From Candidatus Omnitrophota bacterium (lineage in GTDB: Bacteria; Omnitrophota; Gorgyraeia; 2-02-FULL-51-18), in NCBI GenBank assembly GCA_023247915.1, contig JAHFFN010000001.1, positions 9,417 to 73,416 of the forward strand: a stretch of 64,000 nt of DNA, read 5' to 3'. Positions 9,856 to 19,150 of the stretch are shown here, piece by piece (the stretch's first letter is position 1; each line of letters begins with the position of its first letter). The notes under the pieces are model-generated. The model saw only the letters and a program-made list of their open reading frames with translations. It did no database searches and was not told the DNA's origin. The translations under genes were made by a program, and so were the position numbers.

Positions 9856-10011
9856 TCAGGTGGCAGCTCGGCTCGCGGCATCGTTGGTTCGCGTTCCCTT
9901 GGCGGTTATTTTGTGAATAGTTCCATAAACCGTCAGTTTTGGGGAAGAATAGCTTTTTTTCTTGGAGGATTCGGGCTTTGTGGAAACGCGATTTTCTTTT
10001 TGTTTTGACAT
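9856..10011 (-). CDS. lasso-type RiPP precursor peptide, 51 aa (not in ORF track)
   Basis: MSKQKENRVSTKPESSKKKSYSSPKLTVYGTIHKITA-KGTRTNDAASRAAT; exact YxxPxLxxxGxxxxxT leader motif; Asp at core position 7. Confidence 0.85.
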   Translation of the reverse strand: MSKQKENRVSTKPESSKKKSYSSPKLTVYGTIHKITAKGTRTNDAASRAAT

Positions 10012-10017
10012 GGGTTA

Positions 10018-10045
10018 ATTATAACAAATCCCTCTCAAATATCAA
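10018..10045 (-). promoter_or_regulatory. sigma70-type promoter for the precursor gene, probably leaderless
   Basis: TTGATA-16 nt-TATAAT with an extended TG; the ATG begins 7 nt after the -10 box. Confidence 0.55.
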
Positions 10046-11516
10046 CAATATCATCCTGGCGAACACTGAACATCTTTACCACATAGTCGGGACTTTGAGA
10101 TCCGAAGAAAACATGGTTTTTAGCTTGATAAAAGCCTAGCCGGATCAGCCTTTCATCCAGGTCATTGATTGCCTCGGTTTGAACGAGATTCATGGCAATA
10201 AACCACACCCGCGAAAATTTCTGAGTCCCGTGCCTGCCATTAAAATCTCTCATATCCACAAAAGTGGCTTTGGTGGAAAGATTTAATTTTTTTTGATAGT
10301 AGTCCATGATCGAATTTGGTTTCGCGATGGCGTCATTCTCCCCCGCGTGCTCCAAAACATAGCGAAACCCGCCCTCAAAATCGTCCTTGGATTCAATATC
10401 CGCGGGAAGATAAATCGCCCGAAGACTTTCTCTAAACAGCGCCACGCTGAATAAACTTAAAAATAGAAGCAGAAAAGCTCTATTTTTTAAGGTGGTCACA
10501 CTTTTGGCTAGCCATAGAATGATGAAAATTGCCACAAATCCAAAATAGCGGGACTTCAATCGGCTGTGATCCAATATCACGACGATCACAGGAAACGAAA
10601 GAATAGCGATCGCGATGAATTTTTCTTTTAGTTCGCTTTTAAAAAAGCGCCACGCGATCAAGCCCCCGGCGATGGCAAAGCATAAAGCTGAAAAACAAAA
10701 AGACCAGGAAGTTTTAAAATAATGCAGGACATCTTTATTAAAATTAATATCAAAAAACGGCCCTACGAGAGAGCTCCAATAGATGCAAAGTATTTTTCTC
10801 GGTAAAATCCACGGCCGGCTAAACAACATCTCGTCCCGACAAGAGATGGATTCGTTAAAAGGAAAGCAGGTGTTGTAAAAATGATAGAGGCACAACAAAA
10901 GCGCAGGCACGCAAACCACAAATACAACGCCTTGAAACCATAATGTTTTTTTTGGGGTCTGCTTGACCCAAACCATCCATGCATGCGCCCCAGCAATCAC
11001 CCCAAACCAAAACCAAGAAAAATGAGTCGTGTAAATAGCGGCGGCGGCTGTCAGGCCATAAACGATTCCCCACTTAGCAGGTCGCGCGGCGCGTGTCATT
11101 CTTAGAAAAAAGTAAGTCCCCCACGTATAAAAAAGAACCGGTAGTCCATGATTTCTAATTTCATTGGTCAGGTGAATAAAATAAGGTGAGATCGAAACAA
11201 AAAATGCCGCGAATAGGGCGGTTCTTTTCTCGTAGTACTCTTTTGCTAGAAAATAAACCCCAACGATCACTCCGACACCCGCTATCCATGAGGGCAGTCG
11301 AAAAGCAATTTCATTAAAACCAAAAAAACGTATCGATTCGTGCAGTAAAACAAAATAAAGCGGCGGGTGGACGTCCTGAATGCAATAAAAAATTCCCGCT
11401 TTTAAAGGCGCCTTCGCGATAAGAATACTGGCCCATTCATCGCCCCAAAACGCATGACCCCTTAAAAGCATCCAGAGTCTTAGAACAACCCCTATAAAAA
11501 AGAGAATCAAGAACAT
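10035..11516 (-). CDS. GT-C (GT39/PMT/ArnT-like) membrane glycosyltransferase
   Basis: LR...FWGDEWAS...DVHPPLYF...FRLPS; many TM helices; start set at MFLILFF by alignment with the paralog at 15230. Confidence 0.8.
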   Translation of the reverse strand: MFLILFFIGVVLRLWMLLRGHAFWGDEWASILIAKAPLKAGIFYCIQDVHPPLYFVLLHESIRFFGFNEIAFRLPSWIAGVGVIVGVYFLAKEYYEKRTALFAAFFVSISPYFIHLTNEIRNHGLPVLFYTWGTYFFLRMTRAARPAKWGIVYGLTAAAAIYTTHFSWFWFGVIAGAHAWMVWVKQTPKKTLWFQGVVFVVCVPALLLCLYHFYNTCFPFNESISCRDEMLFSRPWILPRKILCIYWSSLVGPFFDINFNKDVLHYFKTSWSFCFSALCFAIAGGLIAWRFFKSELKEKFIAIAILSFPVIVVILDHSRLKSRYFGFVAIFIILWLAKSVTTLKNRAFLLLFLSLFSVALFRESLRAIYLPADIESKDDFEGGFRYVLEHAGENDAIAKPNSIMDYYQKKLNLSTKATFVDMRDFNGRHGTQKFSRVWFIAMNLVQTEAINDLDERLIRLGFYQAKNHVFFGSQSPDYVVKMFSVRQDDIVDI

Positions 11517-13372
11517 GGTTTGCTTTTCAACCACAAAGATAAAAGGGTGGCCTGCCATAAAAGCGTGGCATCCTCATGCGTGGCGTTTTTTAAAAATCGG
11601 TTGTGACATTCCTTAAGAATCGCCAACTCCATGTACGGCGCGATCGCTTCTGTTTCTTCAATCACTTCTTTCCGGATCATGGCCTCGTGGACATTTCTCA
11701 AGGTTTTAATCAAATGCCCGCCCATATAAATTTTTCCACCGCGACGTCGGACTTTTTCTGGCAAAATATCTTTTAGACTTCTCCTCATTAGCGCACGAGT
11801 CCAGCCCTCTTCCAATTTTTGACGAGCCGGTAGCGAGAAACAAAATTCCACGAGCCTCCTGTCAAAAAAAGGGTAGCGATGTTCGATAGAAAAAGGGGCG
11901 CTTAGATGATTCATGGCTATTATATTTTCCGGAATTAGGCCGGAAGACAACTCGTTTTGCTGTTCCTGCCGAACTGTCAGAACCGCCTGCATTTGATACC
12001 CGAGATAATGCTCGGCGCGGCGTTTCAATTTTATTTTTTTTGCGAAATCTCGATTGATCGCCGTCCCGTCCATCCACAAGGGTTTCCCACGCCAGCGAAC
12101 CTGCCGCCATGCCTTCCAAACCGGCGCCGGCATCAAAGGCCTCAACGCTTTCTGCCACAACACCCTCTCCACCGGCTGTTTCAAATGTTCTGAAAGCGCA
12201 CGAGCTTCTTTAAAAAGCTTTCCCCAACGAAACCGGCTTAAAAGCTCGGTCAAATGCGCGTAGCCTCTCCCCACCACTTCATCGCCGCCGTATCCGTCCA
12301 GCAAAACTCTTACCTTCCGTTTTTGCGCCTCGGGGTACACGCCCGCTTGAAACAAGGATAAATTAGCGATATAAGGCCCGTCTAAACGCCGAAAAGCAAC
12401 CTCCGGATCTCTCAGTGGTGTCATGGAGTCCGCTTGAATTTCATGCGGTACCTTTCCTGGCAAGTCGTTCACAGATTGGATAAATTCTCTTTCGTCGCAT
12501 TCTGGAAATTGATCGAATACCAACGAAAAAGTATTCACGGAGCCTGCCATACTGACAATGGAGGAGGAGTCCAGCCCTCCGCTTAAAAGCGATCCCGCCG
12601 GAAATGCGCTTCGCAAACGGCAGTCCACCGCTTTTTTAAAAAGTTCTCTAAATCGCTCCTCACATTCCCGATCTGGCAATGAAAGAGGCTGGCTATCAAG
12701 TTCCAAACTCCAATATTTTTTAAGGACAATTTGACGCGGAGCGATGGTGAGCGAATGCGCCGGCGCCAGACAACGTATATTTTCATAAAATGTGATTTCT
12801 TTGTCTTCGCCAGACCAAAGAAGAAAATCACCAATCATGGTCTCGTTTAGGCGTGGCTCAATTTCAGGGCAACAAAAAAGCGCCTTGATCTCAGAGGCAA
12901 AGGCAAACAATCGATCTGATTTGAAATAATAAAAGGGCTTTATTCCAAAAATATCTCTCGCACAAAAAATTTGTTTTTTATTTTCATCCCAGATCGCGAA
13001 AGCGAAATCACCCAAGATCTTGTCGGGACAGGTCTCTCCCCACTTCTGGTAAGCCTTCAAAATCAAGGCGCTGTCGGAAATATCCGTTTGATTTTCGTTT
13101 TTTCCGTAAAAAATTTCGAGAAGCTCTTCCCGGTTATCAACGCGCGCGTCGGCAGTGATGGCCAGTCGTGATTTTTCGTCAAAGAAAGGAAGTTTTTCGG
13201 GGATGGACTCAGGAGTCGTCCAAAACATCCGGTGAGTGAATCCCACGGAACCCCGGCTCCAAATACCGGACGCATCGGAACCTCTAGGAACCAAGCTTCG
13301 ATTCATTCCATCCAATAGTTCGGATTCTACCGGCCTTGCGTCTCGATAATAAACTCCCGCGAGTCCGCTCAT
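11507..13372 (-). CDS. asparagine synthetase-like lasso cyclase
   Basis: SGGLDSS PP-loop, DGYGGDE, RYPFFDRRLVEF; begins MSGLAG, so the glutaminase Cys of AsnB (MCGI) is absent. Confidence 0.85.
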   Translation of the reverse strand: MSGLAGVYYRDARPVESELLDGMNRSLVPRGSDASGIWSRGSVGFTHRMFWTTPESIPEKLPFFDEKSRLAITADARVDNREELLEIFYGKNENQTDISDSALILKAYQKWGETCPDKILGDFAFAIWDENKKQIFCARDIFGIKPFYYFKSDRLFAFASEIKALFCCPEIEPRLNETMIGDFLLWSGEDKEITFYENIRCLAPAHSLTIAPRQIVLKKYWSLELDSQPLSLPDRECEERFRELFKKAVDCRLRSAFPAGSLLSGGLDSSSIVSMAGSVNTFSLVFDQFPECDEREFIQSVNDLPGKVPHEIQADSMTPLRDPEVAFRRLDGPYIANLSLFQAGVYPEAQKRKVRVLLDGYGGDEVVGRGYAHLTELLSRFRWGKLFKEARALSEHLKQPVERVLWQKALRPLMPAPVWKAWRQVRWRGKPLWMDGTAINRDFAKKIKLKRRAEHYLGYQMQAVLTVRQEQQNELSSGLIPENIIAMNHLSAPFSIEHRYPFFDRRLVEFCFSLPARQKLEEGWTRALMRRSLKDILPEKVRRRGGKIYMGGHLIKTLRNVHEAMIRKEVIEETEAIAPYMELAILKECHNRFLKNATHEDATLLWQATLLSLWLKSKPCS

Positions 13373-14328
13373 CAATCCTTGACCCGGATGAGCAGGCCTT
13401 TAAACATCAAACGCTTCACATAAAACTTAAGATCTTTTTCCAAGCGAACAGGATCCACCTCGTATTCTTTTTGTATCGCCCGGGACACCGCTTTCACGTC
13501 CTTTAATTCCTCCAAAAGCTCCCAGAAATGCGAAGCGATGCCGTCGAGCCGTAAACAAATCCTGGTTTTCGCGTTCACGACGAGTCGACCACTAGCGGTT
13601 CTTTTTGAGACCACCTCGTCCGGAATCTGCACCCGCGACACTGGCCGATTGTCAGGTCGGCGCGTTTTCATTTTAGTTAAGACAGTCCCGTCCGAACCGA
13701 GCCTCATAAACGAAACTCCGCGTTTTTTCGGCAGAAACCAACCAGCCAACACTGTTCTTGGGTTTCGACCCGTCGGCATCGTGACCCGGTGCTGAAGCTT
13801 TTTGGAGATGCGAAATAAAAAAGCATTTCCAAATCCGGTGTTGGCGATCTGTGCGGTAATCTTTTTGGAAAACCTGTTCCTTATTTTAAAAACCCCGCCC
13901 TGATAAACACGCTCGCTTAAATTCACGCTAATCCCTACATAACGCAAATGCCGGACGTCGATGTCATTGTGCCAATGATCATAATGGCCGCGGCCGGGAA
14001 TTAAAGAATACATGCGCCCGGCAAAACACCCGATTTTTTTACAACCCGTGATTCGTTCCACCGCTTTAAAAAGCGCGGGATCGTTGAGCAGAAAATGCAT
14101 CGCGTTAATCCCGGTATTTTGTCTCATGCAAGACTCGGTGGCGATGCCCCTATCTGTTCTGGGGTAAAATTCAGCCGAACGAACCGTCTGTTGAATAAAT
14201 TTCAGTAAGGATTTATCTAGAAATTTTTGGATTTTAATTAGATTCGTTTGAGAATATTTATTTTGAACTTTCCTTAGATTTTTTTTAGAAAAAGAAATAT
14301 GAGTGCCCGTCTTTTTGATTTGTATCAT
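13372..14328 (-). CDS. 2OG-Fe(II) oxygenase fused to a C-terminal PqqD/RRE domain
   Basis: WHND...YQGGVF...LQHRV...RTVLAGWF; tail LRLDGIASHFWELL...IQKEYEVDPVRLEKDLKFYVKRLMFKGLL; ATGA overlap supports the start at 14328. Confidence 0.8.
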   Translation of the reverse strand: MIQIKKTGTHISFSKKNLRKVQNKYSQTNLIKIQKFLDKSLLKFIQQTVRSAEFYPRTDRGIATESCMRQNTGINAMHFLLNDPALFKAVERITGCKKIGCFAGRMYSLIPGRGHYDHWHNDIDVRHLRYVGISVNLSERVYQGGVFKIRNRFSKKITAQIANTGFGNAFLFRISKKLQHRVTMPTGRNPRTVLAGWFLPKKRGVSFMRLGSDGTVLTKMKTRRPDNRPVSRVQIPDEVVSKRTASGRLVVNAKTRICLRLDGIASHFWELLEELKDVKAVSRAIQKEYEVDPVRLEKDLKFYVKRLMFKGLLIRVKD

Positions 14329-15194
14329 ACGTTTTTTAAAAAACCATGCGCGTTTAAATGATGAGCCAAAGACAAAACATCTTTTTCTAAAACATCGGGA
14401 GCTACACGATATTCCTTTTGAAGTTCCCGCAAAGCTAATTTCAGATGAGGTCTCTTTTTCAGATGATCCCACATCTTTCCCGCTACCGGGTCTAGCTCGC
14501 ATAATAAACTACGTTTTGGATCAAAAATAATTCTTTTTTTGTCTTTGGAATATTCCAAAAGTCCCTGGGGAATCTTCCATCGCGCCCCGTTTTTTTTGTT
14601 TGGCCTTACGACAATTTTTTTAGAACGCTCAAATGGTAAATCCGCACACGCGCAAAACCACCCGGTAAAAGCCGTTTTTGGATTTTTACCTCCGATGGCC
14701 GTCACGCGATGTTGCAAAAAACTAGCAACGCGAAACAAAACAACGTCCCCCAGTCCTGTGTTTTTGATCTCATGTAAAATATTTTTAGAACCGCGACGGC
14801 GTATCTGAAGAATCCCGCCTTGATAAGGTTTGGGACTCAAATTTAGGGTCAGCGCGACTCGCCGACCATACACCAAATCGTTATGCCAACGCATGGAGTC
14901 TTGATAACTGGGCAAAAGACGATAAGTGCGCCCGGTAAAAGAGCGGATACCGGCACAGCCGGTAATTTCTTTTATTTTTTTTAAAAGGGAGGGGTCATTC
15001 AACAGAAATTGAAGCGTATTGGATCCGGCGTTTTCACCGATCATGGACTCCGATCCACCGGAATCTTGATAGCGGAATGGTTTTGATTTCTTAAGAGCCT
15101 TCAGAATTTCCCGCAACAGTTTCTTGTTCAGGAATTTAGGCAAGCGAACATAATGATGCTTCTGATAAAATCGGCGCAGAGAGCTCGGAACCAT
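14325..15194 (-). CDS. 2OG-Fe(II) oxygenase fused to a C-terminal PqqD/RRE domain (paralog)
   Basis: WHND...YQGGIL...LQHRV...KTAFTGWF; tail ELDPVAGKMWDHL...LQKEYRVAPDVLEKDVLSLAHHLNAHGFL. Confidence 0.8.
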   Translation of the reverse strand: MVPSSLRRFYQKHHYVRLPKFLNKKLLREILKALKKSKPFRYQDSGGSESMIGENAGSNTLQFLLNDPSLLKKIKEITGCAGIRSFTGRTYRLLPSYQDSMRWHNDLVYGRRVALTLNLSPKPYQGGILQIRRRGSKNILHEIKNTGLGDVVLFRVASFLQHRVTAIGGKNPKTAFTGWFCACADLPFERSKKIVVRPNKKNGARWKIPQGLLEYSKDKKRIIFDPKRSLLCELDPVAGKMWDHLKKRPHLKLALRELQKEYRVAPDVLEKDVLSLAHHLNAHGFLKNV

Positions 15195-15229
15195 GGACGT
15201 ATTTTACCTCAAACGAGTATAATGAATCC

Positions 15230-16705
15230 ATGTTCCTATTTCTTATTTGCTTGCTTGGAATGGCACTGCGTTCGGCGCTTCTTTGGACAAATCGATCCTT
15301 TTGGTTTGATGAATGGGCTAGCATTGCCGTCGCCCAACACCCTTTAAGCCAAGGGATTAAAATTTGCGCGCTGGACACTCACCCTCCCCTTTATTTTGTC
15401 CTTCTGCGCCTTTCAGCCGTACTTTTTGAATTCAAAGAATGGGCTTTTCGTCTGCCATCCCTGGCGGCGGGTATCCTGCTTTTAGTTTTTGTGGCGCTTT
15501 TAGCCAATCGTCTTTTTGGAAAAAAAGTGGCGCTTCTATCCGCTTATTTTGTCGCGATCTCTCCTTATTTCATCCATCTTTCTTATGAAATAAGAAATCA
15601 CGGGCTTCCGATTCTTTTTTATGCGGCAGGAAGTTTTTTATTTTTTAAAATGATTGAAGGTTCTGATCGTAAACGTTGGCAATGGAGTTATGCCCTAACG
15701 GCCTGCGCGGCGCTGTACACAGTGCATTTTGCCTGGTTTTGGCTAACCGGGATTTTGGGGCTTCATTTTTTTCTTTCGCGAAATGAAGAAAACGCCAAAA
15801 AAGCCCTAAAGATTCAGGCGCTTGTGCTTTGCTTGGGAATCCCCGAACTCTGTCTTTTGGCTTACAACGTCCTGCATCGTGATGAAATCAGAGGATACAA
15901 TCTGGCTTCGCTTCATAAAATCGCGATTGCCGCCAAAGAAATTGTTTTTGTTTACTGGAATATTCTCGTCGGGTCGCGATTTTACATGCACTGGTCTTCA
16001 TCTATTTTTAGCGCCATGCGATCTTCCGTATTTTTTTGGCTGTCTTTGACTTTATTTCTTCTGGCAAGCGTTTCGATTGTCTATGAATTTTCCATGATTT
16101 TTAAAAAACAAAAAAGTCTTTTCTATTTTCTTATTTTTATTTGTTTTGTTCCTGTTTTTTTGGTGAGTCTCATCAACACCAACCGTCTGGACGCGCGCTA
16201 TTTTTCATTTGCGGCACTTTTTTTGATCCTCATTTTTTCAAAGAGCCTGATCGATTCCCATTCGAAAAAAAGCCGAATCGCGCTGATTGTTCTGACCACT
16301 CTCGTTTCGCTGAACGGGTTTGTTTACCTCGCGCAAACCCATGTTGATCCAATGCACCGGGACGATTATCAGGAAATGACGCGCTATGTTTTAACGCATG
16401 CTAAAAAAAATGATTTGGTTTTTATCAGTTCCCCGGTGGTGAATTATTATTCGAAAAAACTCGGGATTGCTTCTCAAGCCGTCCTTACCGAGGATCTAGG
16501 TGCATGGACTCGGAGCAAGGCGAGCCACATAGAAAGAATCTGGATTACCGGGGGAACTCCGTTAACTTCTTGTTTTTTTAAGGAGCTCGCGGATCGAATG
16601 GAAGCTCTGGGATTTGTTCCTGAATTAAAGTTTATCGATTTTGGCGGGGAAGACAACAATACCGGCCTGAACGTATTTAAGAATCAGGCATTCTCTAAAA
16701 AATAA
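15230..16705 (+). CDS. GT-C (GT39/PMT-like) membrane glycosyltransferase, paralog of 10035-11516
   Basis: FWFDEWASI...DTHPPLYFVLL...AFRLPS...ISPYFIHLSYEIRNHGLP, nearly identical to the paralog. Confidence 0.8.
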   Translation: MFLFLICLLGMALRSALLWTNRSFWFDEWASIAVAQHPLSQGIKICALDTHPPLYFVLLRLSAVLFEFKEWAFRLPSLAAGILLLVFVALLANRLFGKKVALLSAYFVAISPYFIHLSYEIRNHGLPILFYAAGSFLFFKMIEGSDRKRWQWSYALTACAALYTVHFAWFWLTGILGLHFFLSRNEENAKKALKIQALVLCLGIPELCLLAYNVLHRDEIRGYNLASLHKIAIAAKEIVFVYWNILVGSRFYMHWSSSIFSAMRSSVFFWLSLTLFLLASVSIVYEFSMIFKKQKSLFYFLIFICFVPVFLVSLINTNRLDARYFSFAALFLILIFSKSLIDSHSKKSRIALIVLTTLVSLNGFVYLAQTHVDPMHRDDYQEMTRYVLTHAKKNDLVFISSPVVNYYSKKLGIASQAVLTEDLGAWTRSKASHIERIWITGGTPLTSCFFKELADRMEALGFVPELKFIDFGGEDNNTGLNVFKNQAFSKK

Positions 16706-17934
16706 GTTTTCTCTAACCATTCTTGGATAGCGGATGCGACTACTTGATGGCCGCGTGGATTCCAGTGCACATCAATTTTATAATTTAGGTTTTGATCGGG
16801 AAACGCGTTTACTTCTTTTCTTAAAAGAGGCGTTAAATTTAAAAACGGTATTTTATTTTTTTGAGCTAACACTTCCACCCTCTTCTCAAGAGTCGTGGTT
16901 TCGGTCAGCCATTCTTTCCGGACAACAAGCCCCAGCTGAATAGGGAGCGTATCAAATCCGGGGTCATACTGGTAAGGACAGGGCGCGTAGATAATTCCGA
17001 CTTCTATCTTGCGCGATTGGCACTTTTGAATCATTTTAGAAAAAATAGTCTCCATCGCCTTCCAGTTCTTTTCATCCTTAGGCGTAGGGATGTCCAACGA
17101 GGAAGTCCAATAGTCCGGCCGAGTCAAAGCGAACTTGACTCTATAAAATCCCACCCGGCTCTCATTAATCTCTTGAATGGCATCCGCAGGCACTTTTTTA
17201 AGCCAGTCATCGATTCTTCCTTGAGAAACATGACGGAGTCTGGCCTCTTGAAGAGTCTCTTTCACAACATCCAAACTTTTGGCTGATTCCCATTTCCTCT
17301 GCCCATGGTAACAAGCTTTTCTTATAAGCATAAGTAGCTTTGGAAATAAAATTTTAATTTTTTCTTTTAAAAAATTCCTTAAGGGGTTTAGTGAGTCGGT
17401 GGATGGCGCCTCATCATTTCCCGCCTCATCCACACCACTGTCTCCCGTGTCTTCCACATCGTTGGCATAAATCACAAACAAAACTTTATTGGGGTGATAC
17501 TTTAAAGCTGTTTCCGAAAGCATGCGCGCATATTGAGGAGGCCCGAAACCGGAAATTCCGCAATTAATAAAAGAGATTCTCTTGCCGGACTTACGGTATT
17601 GATTTTCAAGAATCGCCGGAAAAGTTTGATCCGCTTCTACCCCTTCCCCCTCAACAAAAGAATCGCCAATCACCACCACTCTCTCTTCATCCGGAGATCT
17701 TTTAAACGGAATATTTTGATAACGAATTCCCTGACTGTTGGATTTGATGTGATAAATACCATTTAAAAATTTATTCGTGGACTCATAATATCGAGGGTAC
17801 GACGCCTTGGAGGATTCTCCCTCAACCCAAACCAGTAAGGGCTCCACAACAAAACACATCGCGATAAACGTTAAAAAAAATAAGGCGCTGTTTTGGATTA
17901 TTTTAAGAAGCTTCATTAAAAAATCCTTGCGCAT
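16684..17934 (-). CDS. SGNH/GDSL hydrolase or O-acyltransferase (AlgJ/AlgX-like)
   Basis: N-terminal TM, IGDSF, NCGISG, YAND, DVHWNPRGH. Confidence 0.8.
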   Translation of the reverse strand: MRKDFLMKLLKIIQNSALFFLTFIAMCFVVEPLLVWVEGESSKASYPRYYESTNKFLNGIYHIKSNSQGIRYQNIPFKRSPDEERVVVIGDSFVEGEGVEADQTFPAILENQYRKSGKRISFINCGISGFGPPQYARMLSETALKYHPNKVLFVIYANDVEDTGDSGVDEAGNDEAPSTDSLNPLRNFLKEKIKILFPKLLMLIRKACYHGQRKWESAKSLDVVKETLQEARLRHVSQGRIDDWLKKVPADAIQEINESRVGFYRVKFALTRPDYWTSSLDIPTPKDEKNWKAMETIFSKMIQKCQSRKIEVGIIYAPCPYQYDPGFDTLPIQLGLVVRKEWLTETTTLEKRVEVLAQKNKIPFLNLTPLLRKEVNAFPDQNLNYKIDVHWNPRGHQVVASAIQEWLEKTYFLENA

Positions 17935-19150
17935 CCAACCATGATTTAATTGTTTTGGCCGCGACGCGATGGCCTTCGGGCGTCCAATGAACGTCGATGT
18001 GAAAATTAAGCGGCTTTTCCGCGTGTGGGTAAGCTTCCCGCAGTGCCGGCGTCAGGTCTAAAAAAGATATTTTTTGCGCCTCCGCCAAAGACCGGAGACG
18101 TTTTTCAAATGCCGTTTCCTCGGTCAGCCATTTTTTCTCCACTCGAAGCCCAAGATTCACCGAAACGGGGTCATGATCGGGGTCGTACTGAAAAGGGCAA
18201 GGAATATAAATCATCGCGATTTCCACTCCCCGGCTCCGGCAGTGATCGAATATTTGATTTAAGGTTTTGTCCACGGCTTTCCATCGTTCTTCGGATTCGG
18301 GATCGGAAATATCCAGGGACTGTGTCCAAAAATCGGGCTCCAACAAACCCGCGACCAACCGGTCATGGCAAATCATGAAATGATTTGTTTTTTCGAGATC
18401 TTCTTGAGGAATTTTTTTTGCCCATTCTTCCACTTTTTTAGCAGGAATGCCCTTCCGCATCGCCTCGGCTCTTCCCAATTGAATGACGTCAAATTGTTGA
18501 TGTCGATCCCTGAAATACCGGTAACGCATCAGAGCACCTCTAAGTAAAGTGTACAATCTCGGGAAAATAGCGTGCGCCGCTTTCTTGATCCCCTTTGGTT
18601 CTTCCGGGATCTCTTCTAAGTGAAGCGGCGTTTTCCAATCCGTTTTGCTTATTTCTTGAAGTGTCGGCATGTCATGCAAATCATTCGCGTAAATAGCCAA
18701 AAGCAATTTATCCGGATGATAGGAGAATCCGATCTTGTCTAAAACTCTCGCGTACACATCGGGATTAGCCCCTGAGATGCCACCATTAATGAATAAAATA
18801 TTTTTGTTTTCTTCCGAATATTCCTTTTCAAGAAGAGCCGGGAAAGCCTGTTCAGCTTCCACTCCCAGTCCTTCAACAAAGGAGTCCCCTATAACCAATA
18901 CTCTAATCTCCTCGGGAGATTTTTTTTCTTGGGAAATGTCAGGGTAACGGATTCCTTCACGATTGGCTTCAAAGTGATACGTGCGGTTGATCAGATTCAT
19001 TTCTTTTTTAAAATAGGCGGGATACGACACTCTTTTTTCGAGATTTTGCGAAAAACCGCACCACTCGAGCGTCTTTTCGGACAGCCCCAGCATCAAAAGC
19101 GTCGTGAATAAAAAAATGCATGCGTTTTTGAAAAACAATCCGCTCTTCAC
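17903..19150 (-). CDS. SGNH/GDSL hydrolase or O-acyltransferase, tandem paralog
   Basis: IGDSFVEG, NGGISG, YAND, DVHWTPEGH. Confidence 0.8.
   Translation of the reverse strand: MKSGLFFKNACIFLFTTLLMLGLSEKTLEWCGFSQNLEKRVSYPAYFKKEMNLINRTYHFEANREGIRYPDISQEKKSPEEIRVLVIGDSFVEGLGVEAEQAFPALLEKEYSEENKNILFINGGISGANPDVYARVLDKIGFSYHPDKLLLAIYANDLHDMPTLQEISKTDWKTPLHLEEIPEEPKGIKKAAHAIFPRLYTLLRGALMRYRYFRDRHQQFDVIQLGRAEAMRKGIPAKKVEEWAKKIPQEDLEKTNHFMICHDRLVAGLLEPDFWTQSLDISDPESEERWKAVDKTLNQIFDHCRSRGVEIAMIYIPCPFQYDPDHDPVSVNLGLRVEKKWLTEETAFEKRLRSLAEAQKISFLDLTPALREAYPHAEKPLNFHIDVHWTPEGHRVAAKTIKSWLDAQGFFNEAS

Noticed and set aside
11507-13372. Ordinary glutamine-hydrolysing AsnB or glycan amidotransferase
   Set aside because: The N-terminal catalytic Cys is replaced by Ser, and B1, B2 and a precursor are present.
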